This document shows positions 28,676 to 38,669 of a DNA stretch of 63,553 nt, piece by piece. The first letter of the stretch is position 1. Each line of letters starts with the position of its first letter. A model generated the notes under the pieces. The model had not been told where the DNA came from, did not search any database, and saw only the letters and a program-made list of their open reading frames with translations. Position numbers and translations under genes: made by a program. The stretch covers positions 1 through 63,553 of the forward strand of contig JAAGZR010000662.1 in assembly GCA_024206155.1 (NCBI GenBank). The letters are read 5' to 3'. Source of the DNA: Aliivibrio sp. GTDB taxonomy: Bacteria > Pseudomonadota > Gammaproteobacteria > Enterobacterales > Vibrionaceae.

Positions 28676-31600
28676 TTAGTCGAAATATCTTTTTCTTTTC
28701 TTTCTTTTTTTCTTTGCTTTGTCTCTGTCTGTTTTTCCCGAAAGATCTTCAAGTGTTTTCTTAGTTCTGATTATACTACCACCAACCGGTAGAAAATACG
28801 TTGCTGCCTTTTTTGATTCTTTTAGGAATCGGTTATAATCTCTAGCATCCCAACGACCACTAGCGGCTTCTGCTCCTAAACTAAAAAAGGAGGTACCAAG
28901 ATCTAAAATAGTCGAAGCGGGTAGAGGTGTTACAGCTCCTACTATCCCGAGTGCGGAAGTTACTGGCAGATCCCGTATAGGACTGCTACCAAAGATAGCC
29001 TTACTTCTAGCGCTTTGATCATCCCCTAGGAGACGACTTGCTAAGATAGCTGCCAGCAAAGAAGAACCAAAATATTTTTGTACCACTCTTTGGCCTCCTT
29101 CTTTCCACCCACCTTTCTTAAATTTTGTAGCTATATCACTAGCAATTGCTGTAGGCCATTTAGTTAACATTGAAAAATGAGACCCTAATTCTCTGCCCAG
29201 CTCGTACATGTCGTCTTTAGCGTAGGACAACTGTGTTTTAGGCAATAGCCACTTGCCTATGGTTTTTGTTAGTTCCGATAAATCTACACCCTCTTCTGCA
29301 TCTAATTGATTTTGTATTTTACTTTTTATCTCATCTGGTGCGTTTTTAAGCCATTTTGTATTTCCAGCTATAAGCATTTGTGCTACATCTTCACTCATTT
29401 GAGCTATTGTTAATCTGTTCAATCTTTCTGTAGCCGTCATTCCCTTAAGGGCGGTATCAACATATAAATCTAAATACTTATCAAACTTTCTTGCATACTT
29501 ATTGTTTGGAAAAAACTCAGCAAGGCCGTTTTTTAAGCCTTCGAAGTCTGAAGCTTTTGTGTCTCTTACGTTTACTAACCCAAGGTCACTAAATTTTTTT
29601 GAAATTTTTTTGTAATCTTTTATAACTTTTGTTGTACTACGTAAGGCTAAACCATCTCCAATTGGACCCACTCCTAACTCTCTTGCAGCCATCAAATATG
29701 GTTGAGTTAAATCACGCACAATAACGTCAGGATTAAAACCTAAAGCACTACCATAAACAGCGTTACTAAGCGAATTAACAAGTCCTCCCACTAACTTTCC
29801 AGGAAAGCTTTCTCTAAACCAAAGTTGCGTCCTAATACTATTTTTTATAGACATCATTGAGGCCAGCTTGGAACCTTCTCTTGGAATTCCTAATATATCT
29901 AATTTTAGATTGGTTAAATAGTCAGCAGAGTTATCAAATCCTTTTAGTTTAAGTAGTGTAATTTGACTATCTAGTCTATCTAACACGGGACGTTTATAAA
30001 TTATATCTCCAATTGCTCCGGCATCCATGTTAGCCATTTTTCCTAAATTAGTCTCCCTAGCCCACATAGGCAAGTCTCCATACCGTTCATGAACGCTACG
30101 AAGAATGGGATTTGTAAAACTTTCCATAGTGTTTTTTTGGTTAATTGCTTGACTTCTTAAAGCTTCCGTTGCTTGAATTAATTCGTTAAAGCTACTTATT
30201 TTCTCAGAAACTCCTGATTGTTCTAAAAATTGAGTTAAATAGTTAACATCTTTTAAAGTTTCTTCAGGCATGTTTACTTCTTCATTCTTAAGAAGTTTAG
30301 TAATATTTTCTTTGTTTGTCTCACTTAAGTTGTTTAGCTCTTTACCTTTGTTTTCTATAGCTATAATCAAATCAGCAGCCCCCTTACGTTTCATAGGGAC
30401 ATACTTGTCTTGACCAAATTTATACTCGTCTATTGCTACTCCCTTTTTATTTGCTTCCTCTCTTATTTTAGTAAAGACTTTACGGTATCCGTTAGCTAGA
30501 GGATCGTTGTTTCCACTCTCAATCATTCTTACAATGTCTTCATTTGTCATATTAGCGTATTTACGCTTTTCACGTAGCTTTAGAACCGGCTCTAATTCAT
30601 CAGATACGGCAGAGGTAAAACCGGCCTTCTTATTTCCAGCTATGTACAAATCTCCTATAACATCCTGAACTTTGGTGTTTGCTTTGTTATCAATAAGTTC
30701 CGCAGCGTTTGTCACCGTACCCGCCCTACGCACAAGCCAGTCCCCAGAAACACCCGTAAACGGATCTAATTTGCCTTTGTTTTGGGTTTTGTAACTTTTA
30801 TCTTCAGCAGCTCTTAAGGCCGTATCATTGGTTGTTGATTTAAAAGCATTACCCACCTTTTCTTCCATGGCTTCCCTATATTCTTCAACTAAATATTTTT
30901 GAATTTTGTATTGGTTATAGGAGTTTTTATTTACTAAACCCGATTTAATATTTTTTTTAAATTCCTCTATTTGATTTCCTATATCTTTTTTAGTCCCAAC
31001 CTTAGCCTCATCCGAACTTACTTTGCCTACTCTTCCTTTAATGTCGTTGACCCACTTCATGTAATCCAAAATCTCCCTTCGCCAATTGTTGTATGCAAAA
31101 ACTGTTTTAGGATCAAGCCCTTCCTTTCGAGCTACTTTTTTAATAGCGTTTGGTATTTTTTCTAAGAAGTCTTTTGTTCGAGATCTTAAAGCCTTTTTAT
31201 CTATAATTTTTTCCCACTCTGGAAGTATTTTTTTTAAGTTCTCAGACCCTAGATCTTCATTTAAAAGGTTTAAAACTTGATTTTGTTTTTTTTCCTTTTT
31301 GCCTGCAAAACTTTGAATAGTTCTCAATGTTTCTAGATTAAAATCAGCTTCATTTTTAGCTCTTTTTTCGGCCCTACTTAAAACTAAATCAGTAACATCT
31401 CTATCGACTAACTTAGCCATAGCTACTTTTTCTGGTTCTACTCCTTTTATTTTTTTGTAAAGGCCAGCACCTCCTGTAAGAAGACCTCCCAGGGCAGCTC
31501 CACCTCCAGCTCCATAAGCTAAACCTAAACCCATATCTCTAGCTAAGGTAGGTAAATCTTGGGCTTCTGATTCAGCTCCCGCGTAAATACCGCCTTCAAT

Positions 31601-33100
31601 TCCTCCAGCCGCTGTAGCGCCTAACAACCGTTTAGCTGTAGATGCTCCTTTTAAGGCTATACTACCTGGCAGAAACGACCCTCCTAAAAGCTCTGACGCA
31701 AACACAGTTTTTGCCCAGTCGTCCTTCGCCTCATCAAGTTTTTTCTGATAGGCTTTTTGTCCTGATTGATAATCCTCAGCCCTAAAAGCTTCACCAAAGT
31801 CTATAACTTTTGCTGGACTACGTAAGGCTAAAGCATCTCCAGGTGTTTTTATGGGTGGCTTTTCTTCAGCTGAGCGTTTAATAGCTCCTTCTAATCCACC
31901 TTCTCCATACATTCTTCCCATACCTTCCGCAAGCCAATTCGCTCCTCCTGCTGCTTTTTTAGCGAGGCCTAGAGTTCCTCCATGAACTAGTCCACGGGTA
32001 GCTGCTTCACCCTGACTCATAGTAGGGGCTGGAGAGCTCGGGGCTGGAGAAGTGCTAGTTTCTGGAGAGTATAAAAACTGGCTGGGGCTAGACATTTCTT
32101 TCAATAAATCTTCGGAACTTTTAAGAGGTTGGCTGGGGCTAGCCACATCTTCTATTACATCAGGTGGGGATTGATATGCTTGTAGCTCTTTTGGACTAAA
32201 ATAAGAGCTCAGTCGTTGCTTGTTTTTTTCTGCTGTATTTAGTTCTTCTTTTGAAAAATACGAGGATAAACGAGCCTCGTTCTCCTCTTCTGGTGTGTCA
32301 TACTCAGGAGTAGGCATAGATTCAAAATAAGACTGAGCTCCACTTGAAGTGTCCGCGTAAGCTTTCGGAAGAAGTGTGTCCACAACATCGCTATAATAAT
32401 CGGAAAATCGAAACCCGCCAGCTTGATTAGCCGGCACCTCCTCAGAAGGGGATTGTATTATTGTTGATTGTTCTTGAGAAGGGGAAAGATTTTTCATGTA
32501 GGTTTTAATACGGCTTCTCATGCCTTTACTGTGATTCCAAAAATCACTAAATTCTTCACGCGTTTTGCCATATTTAAGTTCTTTGGCAGCTTCTTCCCAG
32601 TTACCCTCAGAAGCGTAGTCCCAAAAATTAGTGAACTCCTCAAACCTAGGTTTTCCTAGTTGAAAGGTAAGCTCTACTAAAGAATTATATTGTTCTCTAC
32701 TAAGGTCTTTTGGATTTATTTTATGTTGTTCTAATAATTCATCAGTGTATTTTTGATGTTTTTTAACATCCTTATTTAAAAGCTCTTCAGCGTCTTCTTG
32801 AGAAAGGTTGTCCCAGTACTCCTTCTTTTTTGGGTCCGTAAAATAATCACGAAGTTCTTGCCCTAATAAAGCATGTCCATAACCTGTTACAATTTCTTTT
32901 CCGTATAAGTCTTCAAGTCCAGCTTCTTTAGCCATTTCTGGTGTCACACCTTCTTTACTGTATTCTACTCTACCAACCCCTTTATAAGTCCCATATTTAG
33001 AATTACCAACTTTGTTTTTAGGATCTATTTTACCGGCAACTTCCGCATGTCCCTCGTGGGTTTTAATTTGTTCTATTAAGGCTCTAGTCGATACGGGCAT
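28676..33100 (-). CDS. Large internal virion/ejection protein with N-terminal T4-lysozyme-like muramidase domain
   Basis: IKTHEG, TGYGH, LVELTFQLG, WEEAAKEL and S.FW in the first ~200 aa; 1474 aa; last gene of the late operon. Confidence 0.75.
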   Translation of the reverse strand: MPVSTRALIEQIKTHEGHAEVAGKIDPKNKVGNSKYGTYKGVGRVEYSKEGVTPEMAKEAGLEDLYGKEIVTGYGHALLGQELRDYFTDPKKKEYWDNLSQEDAEELLNKDVKKHQKYTDELLEQHKINPKDLSREQYNSLVELTFQLGKPRFEEFTNFWDYASEGNWEEAAKELKYGKTREEFSDFWNHSKGMRSRIKTYMKNLSPSQEQSTIIQSPSEEVPANQAGGFRFSDYYSDVVDTLLPKAYADTSSGAQSYFESMPTPEYDTPEEENEARLSSYFSKEELNTAEKNKQRLSSYFSPKELQAYQSPPDVIEDVASPSQPLKSSEDLLKEMSSPSQFLYSPETSTSPAPSSPAPTMSQGEAATRGLVHGGTLGLAKKAAGGANWLAEGMGRMYGEGGLEGAIKRSAEEKPPIKTPGDALALRSPAKVIDFGEAFRAEDYQSGQKAYQKKLDEAKDDWAKTVFASELLGGSFLPGSIALKGASTAKRLLGATAAGGIEGGIYAGAESEAQDLPTLARDMGLGLAYGAGGGAALGGLLTGGAGLYKKIKGVEPEKVAMAKLVDRDVTDLVLSRAEKRAKNEADFNLETLRTIQSFAGKKEKKQNQVLNLLNEDLGSENLKKILPEWEKIIDKKALRSRTKDFLEKIPNAIKKVARKEGLDPKTVFAYNNWRREILDYMKWVNDIKGRVGKVSSDEAKVGTKKDIGNQIEEFKKNIKSGLVNKNSYNQYKIQKYLVEEYREAMEEKVGNAFKSTTNDTALRAAEDKSYKTQNKGKLDPFTGVSGDWLVRRAGTVTNAAELIDNKANTKVQDVIGDLYIAGNKKAGFTSAVSDELEPVLKLREKRKYANMTNEDIVRMIESGNNDPLANGYRKVFTKIREEANKKGVAIDEYKFGQDKYVPMKRKGAADLIIAIENKGKELNNLSETNKENITKLLKNEEVNMPEETLKDVNYLTQFLEQSGVSEKISSFNELIQATEALRSQAINQKNTMESFTNPILRSVHERYGDLPMWARETNLGKMANMDAGAIGDIIYKRPVLDRLDSQITLLKLKGFDNSADYLTNLKLDILGIPREGSKLASMMSIKNSIRTQLWFRESFPGKLVGGLVNSLSNAVYGSALGFNPDVIVRDLTQPYLMAARELGVGPIGDGLALRSTTKVIKDYKKISKKFSDLGLVNVRDTKASDFEGLKNGLAEFFPNNKYARKFDKYLDLYVDTALKGMTATERLNRLTIAQMSEDVAQMLIAGNTKWLKNAPDEIKSKIQNQLDAEEGVDLSELTKTIGKWLLPKTQLSYAKDDMYELGRELGSHFSMLTKWPTAIASDIATKFKKGGWKEGGQRVVQKYFGSSLLAAILASRLLGDDQSARSKAIFGSSPIRDLPVTSALGIVGAVTPLPASTILDLGTSFFSLGAEAASGRWDARDYNRFLKESKKAATYFLPVGGSIIRTKKTLEDLSGKTDRDKAKKKRKKRKRYFD

Positions 33101-33146
33101 GGTTACTCCTTCCTCGCATTAATCTTGATCTTGTTTACGTATTTAT

Positions 33147-34196
33147 TTATTTCTCAGCTCTTACTACTTTTTCTACTTTTGGGTCTTTTCTGATGTCGTC
33201 AGCTTTTTCTTCTGTTATCTCGGGTGTTATGATAGGCACAGGATTTCCTTTTTCGAAAATCTTATATTGGGAGGTTTTCGACTCCTCTATTGTATTAGAT
33301 TTTGCCGCACCTGTCAACCCTAAAGATTCTATAATACGAGGACTTATGGTTTTACCAGCGTCAATTTCATTTTGTACTTTTATTTTAACAAGCTCTTTTA
33401 TTAAATCCTGTTTAAATTTTTCTGATTTTAATATTTCAACTTGTTTTTCTTCATCTTCAAAAAATCCAAGAGTTTCTTTAAATGGCGCAGTTATTTCTTC
33501 CGATATTCCCAAGTCTTCGAACTCTTCCATAACATCTTCGCCTTGAAGTGTCTCGTCCTTAATACCTTCACTAAAATCTTCCAAAAACCTTTCATATTGC
33601 TTACTAGATTTTAGCGCTTTTGAGGCTACATAATTGTCCTCTTTTTCCCTGACAGCTGCTTTTCTTTTTTGCGTTCTAATGTCTTCAAGCTCTTTTGAGG
33701 CCTCTTTAACTTTTTCGGATCTTTTTTTTCTTGCTATTTCTTCTTCTTGGTCTTCTTTTAGAGCTAGCTCTCTTTCTTTTGTTTTTAACCCTCTAAGCTT
33801 TTTTGTCATATCTAGCTGTTTTGTGTCGTATAAATCCGAAATTCCGTCTTCTTCTCCAGAGCCAAAATCTAAATCAGGAATCAAATCTCCAGTAACAAGC
33901 CCTCCGGCTTTCGAAGCTCCTATTTTTCCTAAAGCGTCTACTGCTTTACCGATAGCTTTTATCATGTTATTTCGTCTTTTAATTTTACGCTTTTCTTTAC
34001 GTTCTTCAGCTGCCAAAGAATCTTGATCTACTTTATATTCTTCATATTCAGACGTAAAAGACTCTCGATCATAAGGAGTATAATCTAAGTCTTCTGTTCT
34101 CGCGTCCATTATTTTTTCTCTTGCCAAATTTTCCAGGTCCAAAAATTCTTCTTTTCTGGAAAGTCCTTTACGCAATTTACTAGGTTTGTCTGCCAT
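33147..34196 (-). CDS. Putative ejection/internal virion protein
   Basis: Charged helical protein within the ejection cluster. Confidence 0.5.
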   Translation of the reverse strand: MADKPSKLRKGLSRKEEFLDLENLAREKIMDARTEDLDYTPYDRESFTSEYEEYKVDQDSLAAEERKEKRKIKRRNNMIKAIGKAVDALGKIGASKAGGLVTGDLIPDLDFGSGEEDGISDLYDTKQLDMTKKLRGLKTKERELALKEDQEEEIARKKRSEKVKEASKELEDIRTQKRKAAVREKEDNYVASKALKSSKQYERFLEDFSEGIKDETLQGEDVMEEFEDLGISEEITAPFKETLGFFEDEEKQVEILKSEKFKQDLIKELVKIKVQNEIDAGKTISPRIIESLGLTGAAKSNTIEESKTSQYKIFEKGNPVPIITPEITEEKADDIRKDPKVEKVVRAEK

Positions 34197-35128
34197 TATA
34201 TCACTCCTGCTTCTGAGGCACCTGCCGCTGTTTGACCTAAACCACTTGTTGCTGTACTAGCGCCCATACTGGCTAGAGCCACATTTCCAGTAGTAGCTCC
34301 AGCGTAGGCCATTCCAGCTCCGGCTACTGCGGTTACTACTCCAGTAAGCACTTTAAACACGCCTCCACGTTTTTGGGCTCTTTCTTTTTCTCTTCTTATT
34401 TGATCTTGCATCTGTTTCCGTCTGATTGCTAGTTTCTTTTTCATGGCTCTAGTTTTAGAGGACTGCTTTGCTTTGCTGAGTTTCTCTTCTTCTAACATAA
34501 TACGGTTATTTATTATTTCCAAAGTCTGTATTTTTTCTACACTAGCTTGTTGCATTTCTTGCATACGATTTTGAAAGTCCTGCTCATTTTCCGCGTTTGC
34601 GACAACCCAGTCAGCCAGTTGACGTTCGTTATTAAACGCAGTCTGCTTCCCTTTTTGCTCAAAATCCCTACGCTCTTCCATCATGTCATTACCAAGTTCA
34701 CGAGCATACTCTGCGAGTCTTCGGCTTTGATCCGCAAAAGATTTCTCTGCGGCTAGTTGTTCCATAGCCTGAGTTTCTACCTTTTGTATTTGTCCTAATT
34801 GCGCTTGTTTTTGAGCGTCTACCACTTGTTGGCCTGCTTGTTGAATTGCCCCTTGTGTTTGTGCGGCTTGAGCAACAGCGCCGGTTTGAGCGCCTTGTTG
34901 TTGTAGAGCTGCTGGGCCCGTTGCCGGTGCGGCTTGTCCGGCTTTGATTTGTTGCGCTGCTTTTTGTCTTTCAGCGAACTGTTGATTACTCATATTAAGT
35001 TTTGGTGTTGGCATTCTATTATCCTTCTTTAGGTATGATACCTGTAGTTCTAGTGGTAGAAGCTGTAGTAGCTGGAGTTGCTGAAGCTGCGCTATCTCCT
35101 CCAAATAAGCCTTTATAAGCGCCTTCAT
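34196..35128 (-). CDS. Putative ejection protein (true start probably 35014, MPTPK)
   Basis: Q/A-rich coiled coil with a G/A-rich hydrophobic C-terminus; AAGGA SD before the MPTPK codons. Confidence 0.55.
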   Translation of the reverse strand: MKALIKAYLEEIAQLQQLQLLQLLPLELQVSYLKKDNRMPTPKLNMSNQQFAERQKAAQQIKAGQAAPATGPAALQQQGAQTGAVAQAAQTQGAIQQAGQQVVDAQKQAQLGQIQKVETQAMEQLAAEKSFADQSRRLAEYARELGNDMMEERRDFEQKGKQTAFNNERQLADWVVANAENEQDFQNRMQEMQQASVEKIQTLEIINNRIMLEEEKLSKAKQSSKTRAMKKKLAIRRKQMQDQIRREKERAQKRGGVFKVLTGVVTAVAGAGMAYAGATTGNVALASMGASTATSGLGQTAAGASEAGVI

Positions 35129-35882
35129 CCCCCACTACCGATGCGGCAGCACTACCAAGCTGACTAAATGCTTGCGATTGTTGTTGTCGTAATGCTTCTG
35201 CCATAGCTGCATCTGCCGCTGCTAAAGCACTATCAATATCAAGTTTAGCAAGATCTTCCATAGATTGCAAATCTAAATCTTGTTGTTCTTCTTGAAATTT
35301 AATATTATCTCTAAAATTCTTAAGAGACTCTCCCATTACTAGTTTTTGAGACTCTTCTTTAAAATTATTAGCATCTTGCAATCTCGCAGCGTCCCCCCTT
35401 CTTTGGAGTTCTGCTTGGTACTTTTTATCTTTAAGTGCTAGTTTGGCGCCTAAATCTTCCAAAGCTAAATCTTCTTCGGCTGCGTCCATATCCAAACTAA
35501 ACTGCTCATATTTGTTTAGTTGATTTTCTAGCTCTTGATTAAACTTAGCGTCGGTCTCAAGACGTTGAGCTCTCATTGTTGCATCACGAATAACGTCTTT
35601 GCTTTCTTCTTGAGCTTCGGCTACTTGAGCTTGTTCTGCTTGTTGTTCTATTTGCTGAGCCGCTTGCTCCCCAGCCGCTCTTTGTTCCTGAACTCCAAGC
35701 ACTTCACTAATGTTAGACTGCCCACTAGGGGTTGGAGCTCCCGCCGTACCCTTCGCTACAGCAGCTTGTTGGAAAGCCTGCTCTGTGGCCGTTCCTGCAG
35801 GAGCTGCTTGTTGAGCCTGTCGTAGGTTACTCGCTGACTGTCTTATTTTTTTGCTTAGTTTTCCTGCCATTTGTCCCCCCAA
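35019..35882 (-). CDS. Putative ejection protein
   Basis: Q/A/E-rich coiled coil. Confidence 0.5.
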   Translation of the reverse strand: MGGQMAGKLSKKIRQSASNLRQAQQAAPAGTATEQAFQQAAVAKGTAGAPTPSGQSNISEVLGVQEQRAAGEQAAQQIEQQAEQAQVAEAQEESKDVIRDATMRAQRLETDAKFNQELENQLNKYEQFSLDMDAAEEDLALEDLGAKLALKDKKYQAELQRRGDAARLQDANNFKEESQKLVMGESLKNFRDNIKFQEEQQDLDLQSMEDLAKLDIDSALAAADAAMAEALRQQQSQAFSQLGSAAASVVGDEGAYKGLFGGDSAASATPATTASTTRTTGIIPKEG

Positions 35883-38476
35883 GGATTGTCTTTTATTTTA
35901 GTGGTCGCGGTAGTTACCTGCTTATCGTAATCTGCTTTTTGTTTATTGTAGTCCTCTGCGAATGTGCCAAAGGTTTTTTGCAGCCCTGCTTTAAAATCTC
36001 CATTACCGCTGGATGAAATCCCTAACAACATGTTTTGTACCTGCCTACCCCAACTCCCATTTCCATTGGGCATTCCTATATTCTTTCTCCACCAATTCTT
36101 TAGCGCAGAATTAGCGATAGGGACTTGTTGTCCGTCGGGATAAGGTTGCGTCTTAAATGGAGGCATATTATCAAAGATGGTTGGATCATTTATCATAGCT
36201 TTCATAATCTGTCCGGCCCCTTTTGTAGCCTCTGAACCTTTAAGCCTTCCCAGACCTTTCTTTAATTTGTTTATTGCGGGATTCCTAACTAGGTTTCCGA
36301 TATCGTCCATACTTTTTGAACCAATGTCCTTAAGCCAAGGCTTATCTCTGTCAGCCGCTTCCACTGCTGTTATAGCTGTGTTTCGGGCTTCTCTGGCAGG
36401 TCTGCTCACCTCGTTCTCATATTCTAATCCCTTTTTATTCATAATACTCTGTATTTCTACCTCTTCTTGGTTCATTATACCTAACAGTTCTTGGGCATCC
36501 GATTCTTGGAAGTTTCCAATATTAATGCCGTCCCCTACTAGCCCTTTTATTCTTTGAGCGATTTCACTAGCGCTATCTATAACTCCATCTCCAATAGGAT
36601 TACCGTTTTCATCTACAGCCCCACTTTGATCCATTAATTCGCTAAAAGCCTCTAATTCTGGAGTCATTACTCCTAGCTCATTTAACTTCTTTAGACCATC
36701 TAAATATTCTTGAGCTGCTTCTGGCTTGCTCGTGATATCATTAAGAGGATGTCCTTCAGGAAGGATACTAGACATCACTTCAGTAAAATCATTAGTGTCA
36801 GTAGAGAGAATGTTTAATTTGTTGTTTAACTCTCTTAGATAATTAAAGTCTTCCATTCCTTTTTTAGTGCCTAGTGTTTGCATGATAGCATTAATGCGGG
36901 CTGCCTGCTCTTCTGGTGTCAAATTTTCAGCACCTCTAAGCCCTTCAATGTCTTCTCGATCCATGTTAACTAAATTCTGCTGAAACAAGGCAAACTGATC
37001 TGGACTATTTTCTTTGAACTGGGACAACGCTTGGTAAGTGGGGTTATTGGCTGGGTCATTCCCCATAGCGCCAAACCCTTCAGTGTTAAACCCTAACTCT
37101 TCTAGTATTTGTTTAGATCCTTGATCCGCCCCAAAAAGTTCATTGTTGTTAATAAATTTAGCAGATTCTTTTTGCTTTGCTTCTACTATTTCAGATGCGT
37201 CCTCAAACTCTTCGCCTTTTTCTTTTAGCTCTTGTATACTTCCTGACACCCAATCGCCCATTTGCTCATATCCTGGGTTTTTAGCTTTCCAGTCAGCAAG
37301 TATTTGATCAGCCATTTCTGGGTCTTCTTGTAACCGCATCATAAGGTCATTAGACGCTGCTTTAATAGCTTCATCATTTAAAACGTCTTCGACATTTACA
37401 AGCTGATCACCCATTGTTATTTGGTCTGCCGCTCCAACTCGGTCTAAAGCCCTTGCGGCCATGGCTTCAGATTCCCCGGCACCGCTGGCATCAATAAGTT
37501 GTAGTTCTCTTTGCAGTTCTGCCTTACGTGTGGGGTCAATATTAGGATTAGCTAATTCCCTTAGTATATCGTCTTTTTCTGCTTGATCGTCTATAGTTAA
37601 AGAAAGTTCAGACTCTATTTGATCTACTGTCAAGTTCCGCCATTCCGGCCCTACCATTTCTTCTATCTCAGCCACAGTTAGACCTAACTCTGGAATTTGA
37701 GCATTATCAGTAGTCAGAATACCTTGGCTCAATAAAAAGTCCATAGTCAGATTTTCTGCGTCAACAACTCCGTCTGCTAAAGCACTGCTTACCATTTGCT
37801 GTTGCTGTGAAGGGTCAATATTTAACGCACTAAATATTTGAGTTAGAGCGGCTCCAGCATTAGTAGTATCTACATTAAACAAAGCGGCGTTACTTGGATC
37901 AGCAAGAACTGCTATAGCTGCCGAACTGTCACCAGCCTGAAGGCTGCTAAGGACTGTATTCATGACTTCCCTTGCAGGGGCTTCTTGTCCTGGGGTTGCT
38001 AAACTTGAAGTTGCGTTTTGTAACATTTCTTCGTTAGCTTCGAACTGTTGCGCAAGCTCTCCGCCTGCAGCCAACTCTTCCTGTACTGCCGTAGACACTC
38101 TTTGTCCGAGAGAGCCAAACTGAGCCATGGACTTGCTCCACTGCTCTGCTTTTTGGTTAGCTGCTTCCTGAGCTTTTTCAACTCCCTCAGACTGAAAATC
38201 TGCTAAAGATTGTCCCTGATCTTGAAGTTGCCTTTGTTGTTGCATATCTTGTTGCTGTTGGGCCATAGCCCCATTTTGAACCGCTTGTTGGTCTTTACCC
38301 AGCTGATTCATCGTGCCTTGCTTAGCTGCGTTTGTGCCAACCATTTTTAAACTATCAGGATTATTGTTGTTATTTAAGACTTGTTCCGTCAAAGGACTAA
38401 TAGCTTGAGACTGGCTTTGGTTCTTAAGCTTGTTTTTGTCTTCGTTAAATTTTTGTAGTCCACTTTTTAGTGCCAA
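35855..38476 (-). CDS. Putative internal virion/ejection protein
   Basis: 873-aa acidic helical protein; GGAGG SD; has its own promoter. Confidence 0.55.
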   Translation of the reverse strand: MALKSGLQKFNEDKNKLKNQSQSQAISPLTEQVLNNNNNPDSLKMVGTNAAKQGTMNQLGKDQQAVQNGAMAQQQQDMQQQRQLQDQGQSLADFQSEGVEKAQEAANQKAEQWSKSMAQFGSLGQRVSTAVQEELAAGGELAQQFEANEEMLQNATSSLATPGQEAPAREVMNTVLSSLQAGDSSAAIAVLADPSNAALFNVDTTNAGAALTQIFSALNIDPSQQQQMVSSALADGVVDAENLTMDFLLSQGILTTDNAQIPELGLTVAEIEEMVGPEWRNLTVDQIESELSLTIDDQAEKDDILRELANPNIDPTRKAELQRELQLIDASGAGESEAMAARALDRVGAADQITMGDQLVNVEDVLNDEAIKAASNDLMMRLQEDPEMADQILADWKAKNPGYEQMGDWVSGSIQELKEKGEEFEDASEIVEAKQKESAKFINNNELFGADQGSKQILEELGFNTEGFGAMGNDPANNPTYQALSQFKENSPDQFALFQQNLVNMDREDIEGLRGAENLTPEEQAARINAIMQTLGTKKGMEDFNYLRELNNKLNILSTDTNDFTEVMSSILPEGHPLNDITSKPEAAQEYLDGLKKLNELGVMTPELEAFSELMDQSGAVDENGNPIGDGVIDSASEIAQRIKGLVGDGINIGNFQESDAQELLGIMNQEEVEIQSIMNKKGLEYENEVSRPAREARNTAITAVEAADRDKPWLKDIGSKSMDDIGNLVRNPAINKLKKGLGRLKGSEATKGAGQIMKAMINDPTIFDNMPPFKTQPYPDGQQVPIANSALKNWWRKNIGMPNGNGSWGRQVQNMLLGISSSGNGDFKAGLQKTFGTFAEDYNKQKADYDKQVTTATTKIKDNPWGDKWQEN

Positions 38477-38556
38477 GACACAACCTCCCTAGGTCACAAC
38501 ATTACCGAGCGTGGTATCTTACTTATAGTATTAGTACTGCGGTATAGTCTGTTTAT

Positions 38557-38585
38557 ATAGTACGATATTCGAAATCGCTTGTCAA
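38557..38585 (-). promoter_or_regulatory. Sigma70-type promoter for the ejection-protein cluster
   Basis: TTGACA-N17-TACTAT. Confidence 0.65.
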
Positions 38586-38669
38586 GTCTTTTTTTGAGAC
38601 TTTCTTGTTTTGCCTGTGATTACAATATAGGCAGTTTTATGTAGACCGGCGATAGATTCGCCAGTATTC

